A stretch of DNA of 64,000 nucleotides, from the NCBI GenBank assembly GCA_051047955.1, contig JBPGPT010000002.1, positions 310,001-374,000 on the forward strand, given 5' to 3'. The notes under the pieces were generated by a model, which was given only the letters and a program-made list of their open reading frames with translations, made no database searches and had not been told where the DNA came from. Positions 1 to 10,358 of the stretch are shown here, piece by piece; within the stretch, counting starts at the first letter, position 1; each line of letters opens with the position of its first letter. The stretch comes from Cystobasidiomycetes sp. EMM_F5. Its lineage: Eukaryota. Position numbers and translations under genes: made by a program.

Positions 1-374
1 CATGTTGGCAGCTGTGTGTCCGCAATCAGTCTTACCATCCAGTCAATCTCAGTCTGGCATGACGCACCTGTAGCCTGTTCGTTGCGGACAAGATGCTGCT
101 CGTGCTCGTCGTACATGGCCTTCGCTTGCGGCAGAGTCCCAAAGAGCGCATCAAAGTATGCCGGCGACCGCAGAGCTTCCTCGAGGTCGTCGCGTGTCAG
201 CTTTGCCGTTGATGGAAACTGCAGCAGCAGCATCTCGGCTGGATCGTTTGAAGGAGCTGCTGCATTGCTGTAGGCTGCAGGCGGATATGGTTGCTGTGCA
301 GCAGCTACGGGCGTGTACTGTGGTGACTGCGAGTACTGCTGCTGCTGCTGCTGGGCATACTGCTGTGCTGCCAT
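1..374 (-). CDS. VPS37: 5' part of a Vps37-like (ESCRT-I, Mod(r) family) protein; runs off the window
   Basis: Missing from the ORF track. ATG at 374 reads MAAQQYAQQQQQQYSQ...LLLQFPSTAKLTRDDLEEALRSPAYFDALFGTLPQAKAMYDEHEQHLVRNEQAT, then a GT-AG intron 67..12, then AANM. The pattern resembles basidiomycete Vps37 N-termini as I recall them; the diagnostic C-terminus is outside the window. Confidence 0.65.
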   Translation of the reverse strand, partial: MAAQQYAQQQQQQYSQSPQYTPVAAAQQPYPPAAYSNAAAPSNDPAEMLLLQFPSTAKLTRDDLEEALRSPAYFDALFGTLPQAKAMYDEHEQHLVRNEQATGASCQTEIDWMVRLIADTQLPT

Positions 375-465
375 GAAACAATGGTCGGCAGGATTGGAAG
401 CTCGACATCCAACTTGAGCATCGTGTTCTGGTCTGCTCTGTACGAGGCTCTGCCGTTATAAACCC

Positions 466-2509
466 ATGCCAGTCTCTGCGGAATCGTCCCCGGACAGCAA
501 GCTCGGTCAAGAGCCAGCTGTGGTGGACGCTGTCGAAGTGACAACGACGACAGCGACGGGCAGTCCCAGAGTCGTCGTATCGAAAGACGAGAGCATCATC
601 GATGTGGCATTGACGCAGCAACAGGCCCAAGAGCACAGGCAATGGCACGAAGACCGGATACGAAGGCGTCTCTTGAATGAGTACGAGCAGCGAGGTCGCG
701 CATTGAGCGAAATTGTGTGTCGAAGACTTGGGAAATTGTCATATCGCATCAATCCAAAGAAACTGATGAATCTGCTTCCTGTACTCTCATTTGACTTCTT
801 CACTGATGTTGTATGCAGGTATCCAACAACCTCGACACTCCTCTACGCCTGAATGCCATTCGCGTCGTCGGAGCCAAACATACGCGGACCGACTTTCTCG
901 CACGCATTGCCGCACCTTTTCTGTCGGATGACAAAGATGACTCGCAAAGAGCATACAGCGACACTCTGCGAGGTGTCTTGCAAAAGACACGGGGGTTCAG
1001 AGAAGCTCTACAAAAGTTTGACATCTTTTCGGAAATTGAAGAAGGGCTCGAGAGTTCACCAGGAGTGATGAACACTGATCAAGACGTCGACTTGATTGTC
1101 AAAGTCAAGGAGGGGAGCAAATACTTTTTGCGGACAGCGACTGATGTTGGCGATGGGGAAGGGAGTGCGGTACGTTCTCTGCTGGGCGATCTGTGCGTGT
1201 CGTGTACTCTGCTCACACGCACTGCGTACGGCAGACTGCAACAGCACGGATACGAAACGCTTTCGGTGGTGGAGAGACACTGGAAGGCAATGCTTCCTTC
1301 GGAACAAGAACGAAATCTTCATTCCAAGTTCGAGCGGCCACACCTTTATTTGCGGATCCCACAACAACCCTATCACTGAGCGCGTTCGCCATAGAGAGAG
1401 ATCTGTCCTACTTTGCGAGCTGTAGAGAACGCGTGAGGGGAGGTCGCCTGAGCTTTCGGGTACGTAACCTGTCGTTTCCCGCGACGATGGCCGGTCCTTA
1501 GGTTTTTTGCGAACAGGGTCTGTCGGCTCTTGGGGAGCATGAAGTAGCGTACGAAGGAGCTTTACGGAATCTTTGTGACGTCGGCAAGAATGCTTCTATG
1601 ACGTACGCAGACCATGAAGCTGTCCGATGCAAGACTAACTCATTCATGGCTTCATGCCCTATAGTATCCGAAATGCAGCAGGCTTATCTGTGAAATCCGC
1701 TCTTTCGCACACTTTATTAAGAGATACGCGGGACGATCCATTCATCGCAACTCGTGGCATGTATACTCGGCTGGTCCAAGAGTACGCAGGCTTGGGTGGA
1801 GACGCTACATTCATCAAGAGCGAAAATGAAGCGCAGATATCAAGACCCATAGGAGGTGGATGTGTGAGCAGACTCTATGATCTGTCTTGCCAAGTTTCTG
1901 GCTTATACCCTGATTCCCAGACCCTGTCTCTCGCGTTACGAGGCGGCCTTTTATATCCTCTAGGCGGAAAGCCGTCTCACATGCTGGACCGCTTCCACTT
2001 AGGCGGTCCGACAAGTGTGCGCATGTTCAAGATGAATGGCTTGGGACCCAGAGATAACAGTCAGTGTCTTTGATGTAACATGTACTGCAATGGCTGACGT
2101 TCGGACTTGTGTGTAGACGACTTTGTAGGAGGTGATCTCCAGTGGGCCGCCGGGCTCAGTCTCATTACTACTATTCCAAAACGGCCAGATTGGCCACTCA
2201 AGGGGCATGTCTTTCTCAATGCCGGGCGGCTGGTCTCGTTCGACAAAAGTGAGTCGTAGTATTATGACACTCTCTGACTAAATGAAAATAGCTAAGCATG
2301 GTTTTATCACTGTGAACTCGTCAACAACAGCCTTGGCAAGGTCCTTTAACACCCTCCTTCATCAACCTGCCGTCTCAGCCGGTGTCGGCCTAATGTACAA
2401 GCACTCCATCGTGCGCTTGGAGTTCAACGTTGGGATGCCGATAGTTGCGCATGAGGGCGATGGCGTCCGTAAAGGCTTCCAGGTCGGTCTAGGGTTACAT
2501 TTCTTGTAG
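466..2509 (+). CDS. SAM50: Sam50/Omp85 mitochondrial outer-membrane beta-barrel assembly protein, multi-exon
   Basis: POTRA-like segment (IRVVGAKHTRTDFL), then RNAFGGGETLEG, KSALSHTLLRDTRDDPF, DRFHLGGPTSVRMFKMNGLGPRD, GGDLQWAAGLSL and C-terminal beta-signal FQVGLGLHFL. Exons are separated by short GT-AG introns. Confidence 0.95.
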
Positions 2510-2693
2510 TAGCAGTGGGCGGTCCTTGTTGTAAACCCATCACTCCCTTATTGCTGTATTTGACCTAGAGATGACCATTGATATTCCGCGAACCGCGACG
2601 TAGCGTAGAGCGATCTACGTCGGTCGTGGTGTTCCAATGGCGCTGCTTGCGAAATGGCGACCAGCTGAGAGTGCATGTAGTGTATTGTCTCCA

Positions 2694-3223
2694 TCATTCT
2701 GTTCCCACCCGAACTAGCACTTCTCCCCCTTCGCCCATTCGCAGTGCATCCCTTCCTTCGTAGTAATTGTCCTTCCTCTTTACAATGACGAGCTCTCCCA
2801 GCAACACCCCTCTCACGCCTCGTATCCGCTGGCCCCGGAGCAGCCTTCCCAATTCATCCCTCGTCACTTCAAACGGTCTCGACGGCGTGCTGACCGAGTC
2901 GAGCACTCCAATGACACTCCTATCTCCTCTGTACTTTAGATTCGCAACGAGCATCTGTGCAGGCCTGGGTGCTGATGCGAATGCCCTCGGATGTGGATTT
3001 TGCGACGACCCGAGTGTTACGGAGGATAGAAAGCCGTGGGCGAGCAGGATGGAGAGGATGGACAGGTTTTGGTGAGTGTAGGGAATGTATGTCTGTGGAT
3101 GCAGCGCCTGGATGTTTGGGCAGGCATGGAAAGCTCAGAATTTCAAGGTTGTTCCAATATTCAAACTAGTCGTCTCACCCTGCTTGCGTTTCTGAGCGTC
3201 GTCAGCATGACATGTGGATGCAT
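2694..3223 (-). CDS. MRPS8: Mitochondrial small-subunit ribosomal protein uS8m; exons 3223-3179 and 3107-2694
   Basis: Spliced product MHPHVMLTTLRNASR|ALHPQTYIPYTHQNLSILSILLAHGFLSSV...LKYRGDRSVIG...VSTPSRP...EGRDALRMGEGGEVLVRV has the uS8 hallmarks (NASR, GFxSSV, LKY, SxPSR, GGEVL). The 71-nt GT-AG intron keeps frame. Confidence 0.88.
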
Positions 3224-3349
3224 TGTGGGCAGACTGTTGACTGAACGGAGGGAAGAGCTGTATTTGTAGAGTGCGAGTGCTGCAGAGCCATGTCGATTAA
3301 AACAGTCATTAGACATTCTTACTTTGATTTACTCTGCATCTGCACAGAA

Positions 3350-5290
3350 ATGTCTAGACTGCAACTATGCGCTATCGCACTGGCACTGGCTGTATTGCCT
3401 GCATTCGCTAACGCAGCTGCCGCTAGAAACTTCATCTTCGCTCCTGGACTGGGGCCAGATGGCCTGCATCACGTTGTGGGAAAAAAGCCATGTACCGGCT
3501 TCCACGGAGTATACAACGACGTGTCTGTGTTGTCTCCCCAAGATGAATGCGAGGTTCTGGTCGACCCGCTTCCCGATATTATGAGCCTTGTGCCAGATAC
3601 CGCGGTCACTATCGCGTTAACCGACGGCAACGATGAGGCCGATGATTGGGAAATTGTGCACGTCCAAGAAGCGGCCCTTCTGTCGCAATCACTTCCCTCC
3701 ACACCGCTCTTGTCGCTACACGACGAGATCACAAAACATACGCAGGCACTTTACACTCAGATCGCGTCAGAAGTATCATTCAGCTCGCAAATACAACGCG
3801 TTTTCAGGGCAGGAGGAGCCACAGAAGCGAGCCATGAGCATCGTCTTCTCTCATCTAGTAGTCGTCCGCAATTACTATTTGCTTCGTCAGACAAGTCAGG
3901 CTTCTACGCCATTCCCAGAGGGTTGGCGCCGATAGCGGACCAGCTGTTTCCACCAACTACTGTCTTGACGCAAGTACCCCGCTATAGTCTTCCTTGGATA
4001 CCGTCACAACAAGGGGCCCGAATGGACGTACCATCTTGGCTGAATAGTACCTTACGAAACCTCGCGTTTTCGCCTCTTGTCAATGCCATTATCGAGGATG
4101 TGGAGACGTCAGCGATTCAGCAACACGTCAGACATCTGACGGGCGAGGATGGGAAAGCAGGATGGGCCACGCGACATAGCTTCACGCAGGGAGCGAGAGA
4201 CGCGGCTGCATGGATCAAGTGTAAGCTGGGTTGGCATTCACGTCTGTGATGGGATACTAAATAAGCACTTTTGATGTTCAGCCACTGTCGACAAACAAGC
4301 TGGGACATCCTGTGAATTTGTCCATCACAACGAAGGTTTCGCACCCAACATTGTCTGGTGAGGCGAGATTAACCGTTTGAAAGAGTCGCACATGCTGAGT
4401 CGTTCGGTATTGCTTCATCAGTACCTTCAGAGGCACTCAGTCACCTGATGAAGTTGTCGTGATGGGTGCTCATTACGACTCTCGGGGCACCTTTGGCCAT
4501 GTTCGTGCACCAGGTCAGTTGCAATTACTCTGATGCTATTCGACATGGCTCAAGTATTCGTTACAGGCGGAGACGATGATGCATCAGGTACATCCGCTCT
4601 ACTGTCTCTCGCACAGTTGTTCAAAGCGTACGGCATCCGCTTCAAGCGGACTGTACAGCTCGTCTTCTTCAGCGGCGAGGAGCAGGGTCTTTGGGGATCG
4701 CGAGCGTACGCAAAGATGCTACGCGACAATGACACCAACGTCCGTTTCATGCTGCAGGCCGACATGCTGGGCTATCACCTCCCAGGCGAGCCTATGCAGA
4801 TTGCATTCCCAGATAGATACGATACGATAGAAGCTGTACGTTTTCGTCCAGCAGAGTATACATGGGTATCGGCTGATAAAAAAATGCGATGTAGAGATGG
4901 CTGGTCGGTAACTTGTCTCACATCTACCAGCCCAACCTTCAGGTTGGCACTACTCCCGCATGCTGCTCAGACCACCAAAGTTTCGATCAGCAAGGTTTCG
5001 TATCTACGTGGGTGTTTGAGCGGAACGGTCCAATGTAAGAACACAAGCTTGATACAATTAGTTGCAACCATGCTGATTTTCCTCGTAACACAGTGCGGAC
5101 CCGAAGTATCACAACTCGCTAGACCTGTCAGATCGTGAAGGCTACGATTTTGATCAAATCGCAGCCATCGCCAAGGTTATGGTATGTCTTTATTGTTTTT
5201 TTTCATACTGTCGATGTGGTATCTGACATTAATAGATTTCATTACAACCAGTTCGCGACAGTGTTGACCGTGGCTGAGTTCACCCTATGA
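3350..5290 (+). CDS. Secreted M28-family zinc aminopeptidase, multi-exon
   Basis: Signal peptide MSRLQLCAIALALAVLPAFANAA. M28 motifs GAHYDSRG, APG|GDDDASG, FSGEEQGLWGS, QADMLGY, CCSDHQSF and YHNSLDLS are spread across exons. Confidence 0.92.
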
Positions 5291-5889
5291 ACATGACGGG
5301 AAAGCAGTGACATGGTGTAGAAGCAGACAATTGTAAAGGCAAATGGACAGTTGGTTTGATGTAGTGTCATTGCAGAGAAGGCCGCATGGACAACGTAATG
5401 ATGGGTCACATTTACAATTACACTGTAACGATAAGGAATACACAGAAACGAAAGAGAAGATTGATACGCACAGAGAGGAGACTATAGCCTATACAACTTT
5501 CCTGTCCGCGTTGGGGCAGAATGGATCAGGCGTATCGAGTCCTATACATGATTGTATAATTCAAATCTTGCACAAGCGTTTGGAAAAAGGTGAACTCCCA
5601 AGCTGAACGGAGATGAAAATCGATCCGTCGTGCTTGAAGGAGTAGTACAAAGTCTTGATAGACCAAGAAAGACTCTACTTTTTTTGGGTTTTTTTTGACG
5701 AGTTTGCGTTGGCGCTGCGAGCGAATGGTCACACGCAGATCGCCAGGGTATATAGTTTCTATCCAGACTTCAATCGAGAAGCCAGGCTAGCTGCCAAGTA
5801 CATGACAGGGTCTCGTCCTCGCGCTTCAGAGCCGGCCAGATGGACTACGACGAGAGCGCCGTTACATCACCTATAGCTTGTCTTGAAGG

Positions 5890-5930
5890 GCGAGGACGAT
5901 GAGGTGGTGCGCGAGAACGATGAGGTGGTG
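5890..5930. repeat. 21-bp tandem duplication in the region between the M28 and glycogen synthase 3' ends
   Basis: gcgaggacgatgaggtggtgc / gcgagaacgatgaggtggtg, one mismatch. Confidence 0.85.
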
Positions 5931-6270
5931 AGTATCGCGGTGAGCGATGCACGTAGACGTGAGCAACTTGGTGAAAGCAGCCTGAGTCGGTGAGTTTGCG
6001 TTGTTTGCGTTGAGTAGTGTCTTGCGTAATTTGAGGAAGGACCTCGAAAGGGAATAAAAGATGGGGTGAAGGGAATGAAAGGAAAGAGAAGCTACTGCTA
6101 CTTCTACTGCTGTCTGTACTGTACTGAAGAGAGTTTTACTGAGATGATCGGTTAAAACCGGCATTAGGGTTTTGAAATAGAGTAAAGACTGTAGTTGGCG
6201 TAGGTCGGACGGTGAGTCTTGCTGACATTTTGTATAGTGTTTCTGTCCGTGTCGTAAGCGTAACGGCCGC

Positions 6271-9200
6271 TCAGTGATGTCCATTTGCGCTTTGCAGTGC
6301 AGCGTCGGCTTTTGCTAGATCAGACTCGCTCAAAGTCTTTTGACGTCCTGCGTTATTGGTGCCGTTTGGTCCTCCACCTGGTGTAGTTTGACCAGAACCA
6401 AGGCCAGACGAAACGCTATTGCCGCGCTTTTTCAGGACAAGCGGCTGTAAGCGCAACATGACAGTCAGATATTTGGTCAACGTATGCTCAAGAATACAAA
6501 TGCCAACTCACGAATGGATACGATTCATCCGGATCCTGCTCGTTCGTTGCGGACCGCCAGTGGGCAGATCCCATATAGTCTGAAGTGCCCAGACTCTGCA
6601 TATCCTCAGTGCTGTGGTCGACGTACGTCAGTAGGGTCGACTGAATGGGATGATACGGTCATGCCCACAGAGTGCCGATATCTCCCGGAGTCATCATTCC
6701 CGATCTAAATTTGGGTGAGCCTGGTGCAGACGGTGGAGGCAATCTTCCAGTGCCAGCCGAGAAATCGAAATCGTCTTCTCCAAACGAGTCGGGGTATGCT
6801 CTTCTGAGCGCCAACTGTCGTGCCTTTGAATATTCAAGACCTAGACTCTTCCAGTCGAGGAGCTCAGATAGTCGCTCCGTACGGTTACGTTGATTGATTC
6901 GCTGACGTCGAGTCTTTTGAGCAAATGAGAACATTTGGTCGGTGAGTTGGTTGACAGAATCTTCGACGCTCTTTGTGCGACGGTCGGTAATGTAGATACC
7001 GTAATCCTCGCTGTTATCAATGAGCTCGTCCAGCCAGCAGCCGAAACCGGACAAATTGGTAGTGACGGATGGGATGCCCATGACTGTGCATTCAGCTGGA
7101 GTATATCCCCACTGTCATCGTTACAATCTAGTCAGCGGACATTGCCTACTTAGACCGCAGGGAGAGGACGTACCGGCTCATAGTATGACGCAAAGACACC
7201 AAGATGGCATCCACGAACAAACTCCTCATAATCCATGCCAAGGATAGGATTATTCGAGTTGAGGAACTCGGGGTGGAAGACAACCTTTACTCTGTCCGAT
7301 TTGCGATTGAAGAGCTGTACTCTGCGAATCTGGTTGAGGATTGGGTCGGCGGCATCGTCCGCCATATTGTGCGTCACGACTGGGGGCAGCGAGTTGCGGC
7401 GAAGTGCTAGGACGCGTCGCTTGATGAGAATCTTGTCCTCGTCGGAAAGGAGCGTAGATATATCGGGTACTTCTGTACCATGTTGGCTGTTGTTAAACAC
7501 ATCGCGCATCAGCCAACTGTCCGTTTCGCGTGAGGGACAATTCGTCCGTGCGCACCCGCTGTATCTGGCAGTCTTTTCAAAAAGACGCTGTCCAACACGC
7601 TTTGTGATTTCCTCGATGGTATCCTGAAGTTGCTTGGTGACAGCCTGGCCCTTGAGGGCCTCGATAGTGTAGGAGTGAGTAGCGGCTGGCATAATGATGA
7701 AGGCTACGACAGTCATCTTGCTGCCAGAGGATTGGAGCTTGTAGTTGAGGCCTGCCGAACAAAGACTTGTATTAGCTCTTGCTTCATTGCCTCACAGATT
7801 GAAAGGAAACCCACGCGACAAACTCTCGATAAACATGTCTACACCCTTGTTGCGGTACTCGTATCTTCCAGCCGTAAAGAAGTAGAGGGTGTTCTCGAGG
7901 TCAAAGTCGTAGTGGCCGTAAAAGTGACCTCGCACAAATTCGTTAATCTTGGTCTTGGACATGGCGTGCATGTTTTGAAACTCGTGCATTGCAGAAAACT
8001 TGACGACGTTCAGTCCGTTGGGCAGTACGCCATCTATATCCATCAGATCATTCTCAGCATGCGCTTGATGAAAAAAGAGATCATTTATACTCACCCGGCT
8101 TGCGCTTGAGCAAGTGTTCGCTCTCATACGCGGTAATGTGGGATACGGTAGTAAATACATCTGCGCAATGCGTTGCAGCCCGTTCGATACAGTAGCGATG
8201 GTAAATGCCGCGCTTGCCAGCTTCGTGGTCGACGTCAAAGTATTGGAGGTTGTTGTAAAAATCGACAGAGCCGGCACAGAGATATCGTCCAAGAAGGGTA
8301 GCGTGAGTTGTGAAGACAGTAGTGACATCAATGTGTCGCTTGCGGCAGCTGGGAATGATGCGGAATTAGCTTCAACACTTGAAAGGTAAAGTGCAAGTAG
8401 GCACTCACAGTGGGATTGCCAGACCAGCGAGCCATTCATGGAAGTGCGCAACAATGGCCTTGTTCTTTTCTTGGTTTGTGAACTGAACGGTAAGAGTGAT
8501 GAGATATAGGAGAGAGGCACGAGGAGAGAAGGGAGAAGGAGAGGGAACGGGAGGGGAAGGAAAGAGAAAGAAGGAGTAAGGAAAGAAGGAGTAAGGAAAG
8601 AAGGAAAATGAGGATAGAAGAAAGGAAAGAGAAGGAGGACGGAGAAAGAACAAGACGAAGAAGCAAGACACAGGAGGGCGAGAAGAGAAGAAGAGAGAAG
8701 AAGAGAAAGAGTAGACACGTTAGTATTGGTACGTCACCTCGGCGCTTTGTCTTCGTCGCTTCGTGTTCGTCGCTTCGTGTAACCCACCTCTCCCAAGAAC
8801 CAGGCGACCAAGTATCCAAACACGACCGTCTCGTTCGTCTCTGGATCATTATTCGGAGTCGGTATACCTGCCAAGTTCCACAGATCCGACTTCCATTCGT
8901 CCAGTCTCGACATCATACTACCGGTATCAAAGAGGAGGACGGTTGGCCCTCCTTCAATCAACCACCGTCCATAGAGATACTTTACGCCCTGCGAAGACAT
9001 GGAAGCCAGTGTTGCGCGCATCTCTGGCGTCTTGGGTTCCGTAGCTTCGACCTCCATCGGGGCAGACTTGTACGACAGCGGACCAATCAGAGTGTACCGC
9101 TCCTTGTACTCTGCGACAGTGACTGGTGCCTTTGTCTTGATGACAGTGTAGACTGTTTTGGCGTCACATCAATTCAATGTCAGAAGACGATATCGCCTCG

Positions 9201-9473
9201 CTGCTCGGCTAACGAGACTGGCAACGTCACTCACTACCGCCGACTGCGTTTACCAAGGGGGAGTTGCGAGTGTGGAGATGGTACGAGTACTTTGGATTAG
9301 TAATGCGTCCGCTGCAACAAGCATTGCCTCGCACCCTTGTTTGCGACCTCCCATGCGACCTCAAAGAGGAGATGACCACTGCATGACACACGGCCAGGCG
9401 ACAAGGCGTCAGTCTGGCTCTGGCGACTTCCCATCCAGCACTTGTCCACCCACACTACATCTCGTTTCGCCAT
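6271..9473 (-). CDS. GSY1: Glycogen synthase (GT3 family), multi-exon
   Basis: [130 protein letters not shown] and a C-terminal phosphosite tail (SAPGSP, QTTPG). Confidence 0.98.
8485..8718 (-). repeat. CT-rich (+ strand GA-rich) low-complexity tract inside glycogen synthase intron 8787..8483
   Basis: About 235 nt of almost pure purine on the + strand, including (aaagaaggagtaagg)x2 and (gagaagaa)n units. Confidence 0.95.
8751..8792. repeat. Degenerate 14-bp tandem repeat at the 5' end of the same intron (approximate bounds)
   Basis: The minus strand reads acacgaagcgacga-acacgaagcgacga-agacaaagcgccga. Confidence 0.75.
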
Positions 9474-9926
9474 GGCTGATGGGTTGTCTGTAGTGCGAGC
9501 AGTAGAATACGGCCGTTCCTTTTTTTCGATTCCTTTGCGGAGACCTGTGTGCGGGGTGGTTGTGCTGCAGCGAGTCTACGCAGAGGCCAAGGTGCGGTGC
9601 AATATGTGTTGAAGGGTTGTTGCGTGTCGTGCAAGCTGGCGACGCTGCGAGTTTGGGTTGTACGAGTGTGAGAAGAAGTGCGAGGGGTGCGGCCGAGAGG
9701 TACGAGTACGCAGAGTGAGGTCACGAGGGTGAGCGAGTGGAGTTGCAAGTGACTGTGCGAAGGAAAGGAAAGAAGAGCAAGTCTGGATGGATTATAAACC
9801 TGCTCTCATTCATGCTAGACTACGCATGGCTGGCTTGTTTGTAGCGTCACTGTCCAGCCTTGCTCTTCATGCTCAGCCACTTCCGTCACTCACGACCGGC
9901 CATGTCAAAGGGGTATGCAATGGATC

Positions 9927-9948
9927 TGCTAGTGCTAGTGCTAGTGCT
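9927..9948. repeat. (TGCTAG)3+ microsatellite in the divergent glycogen synthase / RRM-gene intergenic region
   Basis: tgctagtgctagtgctagtgct. Confidence 0.85.
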
Positions 9949-10358
9949 GGTTGTGTGATGTATTACTTGCCAGCCTTCAAGCTAACAGGTTGTGGAGTTC
10001 TAATTCTATACGCGGCAAACATGAAGCAGACGCGTTGATAGAAGATTGAGAAAGATATTGATATTCTTCCAACGTTAACGCTTGCAAGCATGCTCCTAAC
10101 AATCACAATGGATAGGATGACTACATGCAGCACATCCAATAAACTACTCTTACCATCTTGCAATCCTCATCTTCCCTTCCGTGTCCTCCTGCCCGCGCCC
10201 CACTGACCTGCGCCGTTGTGATCTGTAAAACATGTGTGCTGCATGAAAGGGGAGGAAAAGGGATGAAGAGAGGAGGAGATTATCAATTGATTGGTTGAAT
10301 GCACTGACTCTGCAGACTGCCTCTCTACAAACTTGACACTCACTCTGCCCCGCTGACG

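Noticed and set aside
6164..6171. TTAGGGTT / AACCCTAA as a possible telomerase RNA template
   Set aside because: An 8-mer is expected about twice by chance on both strands of 64 kb, and no supporting pseudoknot was recognised.
5871..6284. 137-aa ORF overlapping the glycogen synthase stop
   Set aside because: It runs through low-complexity 3' UTR-like sequence and a tandem repeat; no splice route or homology recognised.
7792..9300. Long ORFs 7792-8718 (-, 308 aa) and 8608-9300 (+, 230 aa)
   Set aside because: Artefacts of the stop-poor low-complexity intron and of glycogen synthase exons or their antisense frame.
9683..10252. Three STRE (AGGGG) sites upstream of glycogen synthase
   Set aside because: Biologically plausible, but about two are expected by chance in ~890 bp on both strands.
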